From Eutreptiella sp. 'Long Island Sound 2002' (taxonomy: Eukaryota > Protista > Euglenida), in assembly GCA_964036045.1 (NCBI GenBank), contig OZ038378.1, positions 170,128,001-170,192,000 of the forward strand: a stretch of 64,000 nt of DNA. Direction: 5' to 3'. Under the pieces are notes generated by a model, which saw only the letters and a list, made by a program, of their open reading frames with translations, was not told the origin of the DNA and made no database searches. Of this stretch, positions 10,678-21,659 are shown in pieces. How positions within the stretch are numbered: the stretch's first letter is position 1; every line of letters begins with the position of its first letter. Position numbers and translations under genes: made by a program.

Positions 10678-13197
10678 TCACTTTTTCCCTTTGTCCTGCG
10701 GGTTTTTTGGCGGCCCCTTCCCTTTCCCCTTGTGTTTGTTGTCCACGGTGAAGGCAGCCGTACCGTCTGCTTGTTGTTTGGTTCGTGGCGATGCAGGTGC
10801 TGCCTTCTTCTTTTTTGGTGGTGGCGTTGTTTTTGTGGGCGTTTTCTGTGGTGTCTTGTTGTGGGCCTTGGTTTTCTGTGCTGGGTGTGACCGTCGTGCG
10901 TGTGTTGTGGTTGGTTTTGCCGGGTTGTCTGGTTGCTGGACGGGGGTTTCATCCGTGTCCATGGTGGCCATATTTGGGTGGATGTCCGTTGGGGTGTCGT
11001 CGTTGGTGGTATGGCCGAGTTCGTTCAGAATGGCCTCGTCCTAGTCTGCCACGTTGATGGGTTCCGGCTCTGCGAGCAGCTGCTTTTCCCTGTTGATTTC
11101 CTTGATGACGCGTTCAGTCATCATGTCTGAGCCCAGTTGTTTCCCTGCCTTCATTCGTCTCCGGAAGGCCGCGCCGTCGCCCGTTTCCTGCGGCATTTTG
11201 TGTGCGAGCATCTGGTCGATGCGCTCTGCCACCTGTGTGTCCGTGTTGTCGTCTCCTAGCGTGATGTGGACGTATTCACCGGGTGCCACTCCGATGTATT
11301 GTCCGGCACTGAGGGCCACTGCTGTGGCGTGTTGGTATTGGAGGGAGGCGTAGGTGCAGCCCGCGTCGCTCCACATGTTGGGTTCCGGTTTCCAGCTGGT
11401 CTAGCATCCAAAGAATGATGCCACGACTTTCGCCGTGTCGTCTCCTGCGCCCTGTGTCCACCCTACGAACACCGTCGTGGTGTCGTGTCTAGTCGGTTTT
11501 GGTGGCCGCTTGATGTCCCTAGAGCGGCTTGTGGACTGTGTCCAGTTATTGCGGTTGAGGATGACGTTGGTCATCACGTGGACCAGTTCGTAGCTTTTCA
11601 CGCCCTTTAGTAACTGGGCAATCAAGCGTCGGTCTGCGTCTGGGTGAAATTGTACCAATAGACGGTATGAGTCCACTGGTCGGAACCCCTTGAGGAAGGA
11701 TGCGATGCTCCTTCCTAGCTCGAGCTGTTCCCTGTCCAGGTCGTCCAGGATCTCCTGTACGGACGTTATTCTGTCTTCTTTGTGTTCCGTGTATTGTTGT
11801 CTCAGTATATACAGGCTCTCATAGTCCGTTTCGGTGAGCCAGTAGGGTCCAGGGTTGCCGGCGTTTTCCTCCTCTTGTTTTATGGTCTGTAGTGCTTGTG
11901 TCAAGCGAGGTAGCAATTGCATGGGCAGATGTAGTCTCCAGGCGTGCGACCCACTTTGCCCCGCGGTGTGTTCGGATGCGCACTTCCACCGAAATGTGTT
12001 GTGGGGGTCTTTGCTTGCTATGGTGGATGTGACGTCAGACTGGTGGCCGTTGATCCGTGTCATAAACGCGTCTCGCGTCCTAATGCCCGTTTCCGGTGGG
12101 CACTCCACTACGATTGTAGTCTTGGCCAGTTCTGGTTGTAGTGTGTCTATGCGGTCTTCCAGTCCCACTTGTATGGGTGTGCCCTTCGTGAGTGCGTATG
12201 TTTTGTGCGTGGGCTCGTGTCCCATCTTTATGGTGTTGTCCAAGTGGAGGGCCATGATGGGTTTGAGTTGTAGGTGGTCGACCAAAGTTTCGTGTTCCGG
12301 GGACCACTTGCGTACGGGGCATTTGTCGAACTGGTATACGCCCCTTACATAGCGGGCCAGTTTGCGCACGGGGGCGCGGTGAAGGCAGTCCATGCGGTTG
12401 GTTTGTAGTGCTGTGGTGTCTTGGCAGTCTGCCTCATAAGCCAGGATCAGTTCCTTGGCCCCCGGGTCGCCGAGTGCCCGTAGGACTCAGTCAACCCGTT
12501 CGTCCTCGCTTCCGCCCCATTCCGTTTGTATGGCGGCGCACTGCATTCGTCGTTCATGGTTGCGGCGGGTCCCGGTCGCCTGTGGCAGTAGTAGGTATGT
12601 CTTGTTCCGGATGTCTGGGTTCCCTTGATGGTCGGCTTCCGTGTGTACTGTGTATTGGTGTGCCTCGGCCATCTCGGATACCGTGTGTATACCGTAAGAG
12701 TCTGCCTCATGCCTCACCGTCATGACGTCGCGCAGTTTGCGTTGCGCAAACAGAGGGAGTTGGTAGGTGTTCCTGTCATACCATACCCCTTCTTGTGTTT
12801 GCCTCTTGATGTGCTCAGTGGTTACTGCACGGTTTGGGTGCTTTGTTAAGTAAGTTTTTAGCCTGGTTTGTGCGTCGTACACAACTGAAGCTTTCAATGT
12901 GTCTTGTTCTGCTGTTGTCATTGGTTGTTGTGACGTGCCTGTGTTGAGTTTTACGAGTTCTTCTATGAGCTGGTACTCTGTTGGTGTGTGTATGGGTAGT
13001 TTGTCCAGTGGGTTGTTGCCGTCTTCGTGGAATGTGTATGCCTGTGTATCCTCTTGGGGTGGAGGGGGGACGTAACTAAGCCCTTCCGTGTGTTGGTCAG
13101 GTGGTGTGCTAGGTTCCCCATTCTGGGGGGGTTCCCGTTCAGTGGTATCTTCTGATGGGGGGTTTGAGGTTGACTCCAGGATGTCCAGGTTTTCCAT
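10678..13197 (-). pseudogene. Element A ORF1 (~839 aa reconstructed), with three in-frame stops and a putative RRM-like region
   Basis: ORFs 12487-13242, 11401-12393, 11041-11376 and 10678-10971 are all in one frame. They are separated only by single stops (TGA 12487-89, TAG 11401-03, TAG 11041-43), and the gaps translate openly. The C-terminus is K/P/T-rich and basic. TTVFVGW...GCTYASLQY resembles RNP2/RNP1 (inference). Confidence 0.8.
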
Positions 13198-13469
13198 TGC
13201 ATCCCCTTTGTCTTGCACATCAATGCACACTTTGACATGCAATGGAGTTGGTTAGGAATCTGGGGCAACTAGGTTGGGCCAGACACAGGATATGGCTTGG
13301 CCAGCATGGCCAAGCACCTGAATTCAGAATCAGTTAAAAGGTAGGCCCACAATAAGTAGGGAAAACAATTGAGTATAGGGGTCCTGAGGTGCGAGACCAC
13401 TAGGCTTAACCTACAAGGCCCAAGGCCCACCCGTGCATTCTCGGGGGTCCCCAACAAAGGGAACAAAAT

Positions 13470-13600
13470 CAGAAGTCAAAGTCTACGCTAGGGGTCACCA
13501 TGATGCCCCTAGGGGCCCCTAGTATCTCAAAGTATGGGTCTCTAGTACGGCCAGACGCCCAAATAGTTGCACTGCGCGCGCACTGCGCTTGAGGCGCCCC
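13470..13600 (+). repeat. Dispersed repeat, right part (GCACTGCGCGC motif family)
   Basis: ATGATGCCCCTAG...AAGTATGGGTCTCTAGTACGG.AGACGCCCAAATAGTTGCACTGCGC...GGCGCCCCC is closely matched at 30750-30875. Confidence 0.8.
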
Positions 13601-13689
13601 CGTGGTGTTATGACTCGGATACATTTTCCGTCATGGAAATTTACGACTGCAAACGATATGGCTGATTGGAACATCCTTCCGGGACATCG

Positions 13690-14340
13690 TGGGCACAGGG
13701 CCTTTGAAAAATCGATGCTTGTGAAAGCCCCCGTGTCAATGGCCGACCAACTACCCAAGGCATCCCAGAGGTGCTCACAAATGAACCTTCCCTTCTGGGA
13801 TCCTTTTTGTTGCACGGGTGTTACATAGACAATTAAATCTTTCAACCGGCATGTGATGCATGACATAAACCATTTATGGGAGGTGTTCTGCAAGGCTAGT
13901 GGGCGGAGCTCGTCCGTGCCCACTATCCCCATGGCCTTTGGAATGGGGTTCATCGGTGCTAGGCTCCGGCCTGGATCCGGGCTTCCTTTTTTAAGGGTGA
14001 GTTGCAAAATTTCGAGCATTCTGGGTGCAAAAAAGGTTGCAAATTTTTTGTAGATGTTGAATTGAAACCCATCGAACCTGGGGGCGGAATTCGTGTTTAA
14101 GGATTCAAAGAGCTGCTTCGACACGATGCAGCGACAGGGGATGAGTAATGGCTTTAGCGACATCAGGCGTGACACGTCTACCAAAGAAACTTTGCATGTA
14201 GTGGCCATATTGTCGGACCATATAGCGGTGATTTCCTTGGCAACAGACTCCCAATCAGGGAGTACTACCCCGAGCCGGTTCCTTAAGGACAACACGCGCC
14301 GTTTGTGTTGTAACTATTTGACCAAACGCAGATACCTTGT
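13690..14340 (-). pseudogene. Degenerate non-LTR reverse transcriptase fragment (domains 0-3)
   Basis: ORF 13519-14295 contains SAPRFDGF, IPK, LRPLALQNTSHKW, QKGSQKGRFI and IDFSKAL, then loses similarity. Confidence 0.8.
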
Positions 14341-14619
14341 CTCGTTTGGCGTACCTCAGATTCCATGGGGTTCGCCAAAGCTAGCTTCAGTTTCTCAAGC
14401 ACTTTGGTGCCTGCTCTGTCACAATCTTCTCTGGAAGCCAGAGACACTAGGAGGGAGTAAGCAGTGACACGGGATTTGGGCCCATGCCCTTTGGACTTCA
14501 AGTATTCCCATGCAGAAGCCGGCAGAAAACTTATGGAGGATGGTTGTACTAGGGCCTGTAGCTATGTGTACCCAGCTTCCCTATGAGAGAGTTCAAATAT
14601 ATATGCCCCGTGCCTGATG

Positions 14620-14645
14620 ACTTTCTGAGTGTCTATTTTTTGTCG
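14620..14645 (+). other. Genomic copy of the euglenid spliced-leader exon, fused to a 5'UTR/ATG rather than to an SL-RNA intron
   Basis: ACTTTCTGAGTGTCTATTTTTTGTCG versus the Euglena gracilis SL ACTTTCTGAGTGTCTATTTTTTTTCG as recalled (25/26). It is followed by AGTG (no GT donor) and an in-frame run ATGGAGGGTTCC (MEGSAPQTAAIMHESQAAQLGVQ). Confidence 0.8.
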
Positions 14646-15072
14646 AGTGTCGAATTTTCTTCAATTTTATCCCCACATGCTTGCAAGCCCCATGGAGGGT
14701 TCCGCTCCGCAGACCGCCGCCATCATGCACGAAAGCCAAGCAGCACAACTCGGGGTCCAAGTACCCGCCCCCCTTGTGTCCAACGAACAATTTGGTCCCA
14801 AATTAATACGGTCCGAACGGGAGTGTTCACCGGACACGAGATTCACTGTGCGCGACAATATTGTGAAACGGCGGTAACACATCCCTAGGCACAAGATACC
14901 CAGCCCATCTAGTCACGCTGGGTGATAGAGGTCCTGTAGTTGAGGGACACCATTCCCCCACAACCTGGTTTATAAATTTGCCCACCAATACTGCAAGATA
15001 CATCACAACAACCCCTCATTTCCCCAATCCTTTAGCCTGAAACCTCGGTTCTGAAGTCCGGTACGCAATTAA

Positions 15073-16821
15073 GTACCCCCCCTCCCCCCTTGTATAAGCT
15101 ACACCCTTGTCCAAGCTACAGTACACGTAGGGACCGTATTAATTTGGTACCTAACTTTAATTGTATACCAAACATAGTGCAGCCAAATAAGACATGGGCC
15201 AAGTATTTGCACTGTGTGCGCACTGCGTGTGCACTGCGTGGGCACTGCGTGCATACTACGCACGCAGAGGCCGGGATACTCACCCAAGAATACCTGTCAC
15301 TTGACTGGTTGCACAACGAAGTAGCAAAGCCCACATGAGAATGACGAAACTGCCTTCAACTTGGTACTCCACTGTCCCTATGAACAAACCACTCAGCCTT
15401 GTAAAGTCCGCTTGCTTCGAGTGTTTCGGTGCCCGTGGCTTCGCTCTTGGAAGCGGATGAGGTGTCCCTTGACTCGGAGCGCGGGGAATGTGTTGTCCGT
15501 GGTCTCTTGGGTGATGGGGACCGCGAATAGGGTGAAGGGGAGGGCGGTGGTGATTCTGAGCGTGGACGCGACACACTTGTTGATGGCGAGCGAGATCGGT
15601 GATGTGGTGGGGATGAAGGCCGTACCACAAACTCCTCAAGGTCCGCGGGCTATGTATGGCTACATCACCCCTGCCTTCTCGGGGTCCCCATAGTGGGGAG
15701 AGTTCAATATGGGGGATGGAAAATGGGTAAAAATGGTTGACATTGGGGAACAAAGGGTAACAATTCAAATGTGCCACATCCCAAATGCATAGGAAGCTAA
15801 AAAAAAAACCCAGTATGGAACCAAAAACTTGTCAAAAGGGGCCAAAAGTAGGGTCTGAGTATTGGCCGACATTCAAAACTTCGCACTGTGTGTGCACTGC
15901 GTGCGCACTCCGTGCATGGCATTCCCATGGGTTTCACGAATTTGCCAGTCACATAGAGTCATGGACACATTTATTGTGAGTGTTTGCCCACTTGAAACCA
16001 CCCCATTTCTCAGTCCTCTTCTTCAAGTGATGATTCTGGTGACTCCGATGATGCTCCCACTGAATTTGTTTGGGCTAAGGCTGCCCGAGGTGTGTGGGGA
16101 ATGGCCCATGTCTTTGAATGGAAGTTGTATTTTACAAGAGACCACATGCAAGGCAATTTCATTCCCAAAAACTTGAAGTTGCCTCAGCCCAATCCAGCCC
16201 CTAAACCTCAGGCAAAGGCATCTTCAAGTGGTGAGCTTGTGCGGTTGTTCCGCATGGTGTATGGTCGCAAGAAGGGTTTCGAAGCCAAACATTTGTAGGC
16301 TTCTCATGCTTCATTGCTTGTGAGAACAAGGTTGGGAACCTGAATTTCCATGTTTCAAACACTTTCTTGTGTTTGCATGCCTTTGGGAACATGGGTGGAG
16401 GTTGAGGTCCACTCATACTATGTGCTCACTTACGTGTATGTCGGTAGTTGCATGTGTCGCGCACAAGCTACGCCCGTGTCCAAATTACAGTAGGCGTAGG
16501 GACCGTATTAATTTGGGGCTTTGGCGTAGCCTATCTGCAGAGCGGTGGAAAGTCCAGCAATACGTCCCCACCGACAGACGTATGCCCTCAGCAAGTATCG
16601 TGCGGCGCAGCCGCTTGGCAGTTGTCGAAGACGGCGCGGTTAGGCGCCAACACAATGTGCTCAAAGTTCCATAAATGCGCCGCCAGGCGCCACCACAGAT
16701 GGCTCGGCCCTCCTGCCCCTCTTCCTGGGATTATCACTGACATCCGTACTGTATTCCTCGCTGTCCACCCACCCTTGAGAGCCCAAACTTTGGCGTAGCG
16801 TATACAAGACGGGGGGGGGAC
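15073..16821. mobile_element. Longer (~1.75 kb) member of the TGTATAAGCTAC TIR family with a degenerate interior
   Basis: The left end GTACCCCCCCTCCCCCCTTGTATAAGCTACACC (15073-15105) and right end GGCGTAGCGTATACAAG..G9AC (16792-16821) match the ends of 664-1032. An internal copy of the left-arm module lies at ~16461-16520. Confidence 0.55.
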
Positions 16822-18832
16822 CTAATTAATCAGGTCCCAAATTAATACGGTCCTAACAGAAGTGTTCGTTGGACACAGTGTTCGTTGGACATGGGGCACC
16901 CAATTTCTTTGACGAAGCCCAATTTCTTTGACGAGGACATTGTTGCTGCGTACAGGCCCGTGTACTTGATAGGGGGCTTTCTGTGTTCAGTCGACTCGCC
17001 TGCGCCCTTCTTGATCAAATACGCACTTTACAAAATCCTTCTCCCAGAGGACTTTTTCCTCATCTGGCGAATCAGTTCCACTTATCCACCAGCGATTGCC
17101 CATCAGCTGATCAGATCTCTTGGCCTCTGAGGTCATGGACAAGTCCTGCCCGTTTTTGTGGGGGGGGGGGGGGTGTCCAGCAACCATGGATGTCCCTTGC
17201 CGTCTGATTGGTTAGTGCTCTCCAAAACAACTTTGGCGTTTGGAGGATGGGGGGCAAGTTTAGCACATGGAGGAAGCGGGGGGGGGGGGGGGGGACGACC
17301 CCTTGGGGGTGGAGATCCCACCAACCATGTGCATCTGGACCACTCGCACTGTGCACTGATATTTTGGCCACTTTTTGCCTTCCATCGGATGTTATATGCC
17401 CTCTAACACACATGCAGCAAAAAAGACGCAATGCCAATCCACATCAACGCAACGAACTGCACAGTGATCCATCCAACAGTGTTGGCGTACCTAGTGTTTG
17501 ACAAGTAGTGTAAGACATTTCACTCATAAAGAGTATTGCAACGTCAAAATAAAGCACAACAGGGTGCAGATAAAGCGCCACATGGGACTGCCCGGCTTTT
17601 TCTGAGAACAGGCACTTAATGATCCCCTATCCCATCCTGCAGGTGGCCACAAATCTCTCAGTTATGCCAGTATGCACTTGGCTCCGGCCGCCACTGTCAC
17701 ACAACCTTTACAGACGACAGCCTGAGATATGCAGCTCCAGCTGAGGTCTATGGAGCATTTCGAACTTGGGAGGGAGGGGTAGGACCAGGGGCCAGGGGCC
17801 AGGGGCCAAGGCCATTAGGTCTTGAATCATAGCGCAAACTGCCAGCGCCAACTGAGAGACAGTAAACCACATGTACATGGGGGCGGCGGCGGGGGTTGGG
17901 GGGGGGGGGGGGGGGAGGGCAGCAACACCTTCTTGATGATTTTTGCAAAATCTGATGAAATCCACATTTGACTGCCTTCTGGCTGCCACGTCAAACCGTG
18001 GTGTCCAGGTGTACGGTTCTGCAACCAATTGTTCTGCCAGAAACAGGGCAGAGGTTGGTACAGAGATTGAAGCGAACAATTGGATGACATCCTCAGCCTC
18101 TTGGGTGACCAACTCCAGAGCAAATTGGACCACAACTCATCAAATCACGGCTGGTAGCACAAATTTGATTAGTAGAAGACAGTCTGTGTGTAGGCCTGGA
18201 TATATATCTGAGAACATATTACTCAGAAACGGATACTGGCGTTCGCATGTGCTTGCAACGAAATGTCGGATGGGTGGAGGTGTAAGGGTGGGCCAGGGAG
18301 TGCCTTTGTCGCAGATCAACGGTATCAAAATGTGTCCATCCCCTCCGCAACCCTCCCTCATCCTGTACCTGTGCCTCTACAACATTACCATTGATTCACC
18401 GTGCACCTGATTCGCGATCGGAAAAACATCCGACATTTTCAATGTCAGAGGCTCAGATGTGCAGTGTTGGGTCCAAAAAGGCTCAGACCAGCAATGTTAC
18501 CTGGGCGACAGACAACGTCACAGGTAAGCTTGGGACACAGGGCTGTCGTTCATGACAAAAAGGGGAAATAATTGCCGGCTTTGTCCGCCTAGATCGCGCC
18601 GATCACTAGCTCCTGTCCTTAACCAGCCAAACGGCGTCACTTGTTCCACCACCACCAAAGCAGCCCCGATACAGGGCCGACGCAACACGTGCACACTCCT
18701 GATGCGCATGCCACGCAAACAACCACACAAATAAAATAATGTTGGCACCCCACCACCACAATGCCACCCCTCTGCAACATATTCTGCATGGTGCTAAACT
18801 GCAGTGTCTGACATGATAAATCCTCCCAAAAC

Positions 18833-19975
18833 TCACTCTGGGGCTCTGCGCGGCTTCATTAGCAAATACGTCACCATCCACTCTTGTCCACGATTTAAAC
18901 CAAAAGATTCAGCGCACATTAAATGAAACATGCGCCACTTCTCAAATTCGTAAATAGGGTCTTTGCAGCCGTCATCCGTCAGAGCCTTCATCAGCTGAGA
19001 CTTGACTTTGTACATGCGCTCCAACCAGGCATCCAGCGTGTACTTGTAATGGGTGCCCTTGATCACCCACTGTTTCTCCACCACAAGGTTCTTTGTGAAC
19101 AAGTAGAACAGCTTTGTTGAGGGGATAACACCACCAGTGAAGAAATTGCGCCCCATCCAACTGTCGTCTTGCATGGGATAACTGTACTCTCGGTGACAAA
19201 GCAATTGAAAGAAGCACATCCCTGAAGGTGTCAGCAATCGTGTAACACGCTGAAAGATCTCTTCATAATTCTTGCTGTGCTCCAGTGACTCAATGGCAAC
19301 CACTCGATCAAATGGCTCTGACTCCTGTAGTGCATCCATTGAAAGATTGTTAATGTCAAGCTTTACAGGCTTCAGGTTTGTGATTCCCAGTTCTAGCGCC
19401 TGAGACTTGATAAACGCTATCTGTGTAGAGCTGTTTGAGAAGCACACGAACTGGATTTGTGGATATTTTTTGGCTGCATACAACGAGAATGAGCCCCAGC
19501 CGCAGCCCATATCAAGCACCCGTCTCACGTCACCTGCTTCAATGTCCATATGGCTCAGATACCGGTCCAATGTGCGGTCTTCTGCAGCATTGAGAGTATC
19601 TCGGCTGCCTTCCCATTCACAACTACTGTACTTCATGCGGTTGCCCAAAAATGGCGTAAAGAATGCTGTGGGCACTTCGTAATGCTGCTGGTTAGCAGCA
19701 GCAGTGTCCACCGCAATGTTCTCCATCTGGCGGGTGCAATCAGCGAAGCGTAGCTCTTTCTGGGGCCAATCTCGGGAAGCCAGCTGCCGGGCAGAGTAAT
19801 GCAGTACCCGGCGCAATAGCCATCGCACCACCCAATCGGGCAGGTAAGGCATGACGTAACGGACGAAAACCTCCATTCCAGGCATGGCTGCACCAAAAAC
19901 AATATTGACAGTCATATCAACAGTCAGAAAGGGCGCGCAGGGGGGTGGGAGGTTGGCCTCTGCGTCCGTTGCCAT
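18833..19975 (-). CDS. SAM-dependent methyltransferase, cyclopropane-fatty-acyl-phospholipid synthase / coclaurine N-methyltransferase-like family (380 aa, intronless)
   Basis: Uninterrupted ORF with ANQQHYEVP, MKYSSCEW, VLDMGCGWGS (motif I), FDRVVAIESLEH, NFFTGG, HYKYTLDAW and WRMFHLMCAESFG. First ATG at 19975 (the track start at 19984 is TTG). Stop is TGA. A pyrimidine-rich AG acceptor lies ~20 nt upstream. Confidence 0.93.
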   Translation of the reverse strand: MATDAEANLPPPCAPFLTVDMTVNIVFGAAMPGMEVFVRYVMPYLPDWVVRWLLRRVLHYSARQLASRDWPQKELRFADCTRQMENIAVDTAAANQQHYEVPTAFFTPFLGNRMKYSSCEWEGSRDTLNAAEDRTLDRYLSHMDIEAGDVRRVLDMGCGWGSFSLYAAKKYPQIQFVCFSNSSTQIAFIKSQALELGITNLKPVKLDINNLSMDALQESEPFDRVVAIESLEHSKNYEEIFQRVTRLLTPSGMCFFQLLCHREYSYPMQDDSWMGRNFFTGGVIPSTKLFYLFTKNLVVEKQWVIKGTHYKYTLDAWLERMYKVKSQLMKALTDDGCKDPIYEFEKWRMFHLMCAESFGLNRGQEWMVTYLLMKPRRAPE

Positions 19976-21659
19976 GGATGGCAATTGACACCCCTGAGCG
20001 AGACAGACACCCCACAGGCGAAACGCACGCGTCCTGGATTTGGAGTCTGGGGTGTTAAGTCGTGGAAAATACGGACACCAGACACCCCATCATCCCACTG
20101 GCAATGGGACGACAAACACCATCAACCTGCACGGCCTACACTTGGCGTGGGTTCTGATCAAACAGAGTCTGTGTTCTCCGGTAGCAACCGGAAACATACG
20201 TCCACCCAAAGTGCCATACAGGCACACCGGACGCAGGAGGCATGTATGGCAGGACACTTCTGCAGCCAAAGGGCGCTGGCTGGCCGTTCTAAGGAACGCC
20301 CCAACACCCGGTCCAAACCTGAGGGTAGCAGTGACCTGCAGGGGTGTTTGCATAGCACCTGCCCCACCGCTCCCACACCCCTGCCCATACCCTCCCATAC
20401 GGTATAGGGACATGCCATCCGTGCTGGTCCTGTGGCTGAGCCCACAGGACAACATACATCGCCTGGGCCTTTGGGACAGCCATGCTAATGCAACGCACTG
20501 GGCACATGTGAGAGGGCAAATGCGATAACGTTGGGGACCTAATGCGTGTCGTTGTGGTTGGGGGAGCGGGTCCTGCTGAGCGTCATTTCATACTGCCACC
20601 TCAACGGACCAAGACCCCGCCACCACTGTTTCCTCATCACTCATAGACATGCAATTATCCAACTCTCCCCAGACCTGCGAAGCACAAAACCCACAGCCCT
20701 ACGCGTGTCTTCCCCAAGAGCACCATGAGGGCCCCACAGCAACCCCCCAGGGCCCCTTTGCGTGCACTGCAATTCCTCCCAGCTTCCCTTGGGTGCCCCA
20801 CCACCAAACCCAGCGCCCCTCATGCACCTTCCTCCTGCCCCAGTGCCTTTCGTGCTCTGAACTGGTTCAGTCTACATGAGGTAAGGCTGTTTATTTGAAA
20901 TCTGATATCATTGCCCAGTTTGGCGACTTAGTCAGATGGGCACGCTACTGATGGCAGGTGTAGGGTGCCGAGGGGCAAGAGGGATAATTGTCAAGCATAC
21001 AAGGGGTGCAAGGGGGAAGCTGTGGGTTGGGGAGCTGAATCGCCGCAAATCTGCTCTCGGTCTATGTTTATATTCCGATGCCCCATGGACAGGGTCGTGC
21101 TTGGCGAAATTAGGTGCACTATCACAATGCCCTGTCACCACCATTGTTCACCGCAATGCCTGTGAGTCATTTATTGAGGCCTCAGGAGGCCGGCTAACAT
21201 CCTGATTGAAATTCCTACTCTCCACATTTGCCTATGTTTGCCCACCTACCCCACCCCCAAGGGCACTCCCAAGGGCCTTGTTTCACTCAACAAGTAGCAA
21301 ACACCGACAGTGATCACATTCCCTTCTACTGTGTCCACCCACTCAAAAATCATGCACTGAACAGTGGGCTGCGGCTGAGACAATTGTAAATGAACTCTTC
21401 ATCATACTTCTGCAATGGTGAAATCGCTGCCAGCACCAACACTTCAAGAATACAATTGCCCACTGGTGGAGAACCACGCTTGTTGGCCTGGCCAGCAATC
21501 TTAGTGCATTGACTGCTCTGTGATTGACAAAGTTGCATGCCAAGGGGGGCGGCCTGTTCGAATTTTGACACCCACCCGTGTGCAGGTGTCGTGTGGGGGT
21601 CTAGAGGGGGGTATTGGTGGTGGGGTCTGGGAGGGCGCCCCAGGGGAGTGAGAGGGGGG

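Larger units (their letters stand above)
5373..13435 (-). mobile_element. Near-full-length APE-type non-LTR retrotransposon with RNase H (element A), inactivated by point mutations
   Basis: Two long frames (ORF1 10678-13197, ORF2 5525-10663). ORF2 has APE, RT, RNase H and Zn-knuckle motifs. A10 on the element strand at 5373-5382 is a candidate tail. The 5' boundary is approximate (abuts a host repeat at ~13435). No TSD found. Confidence 0.9.

Noticed and set aside
11844-11872. Second 2A motif in ORF1 (EENAGNPGP)
   Set aside because: It has NPGP but lacks the D(V/I)Ex core.
14620-14720. SL RNA gene
   Set aside because: No GT donor follows the exon, and the downstream sequence looks like a UTR plus CDS rather than an SL intron.
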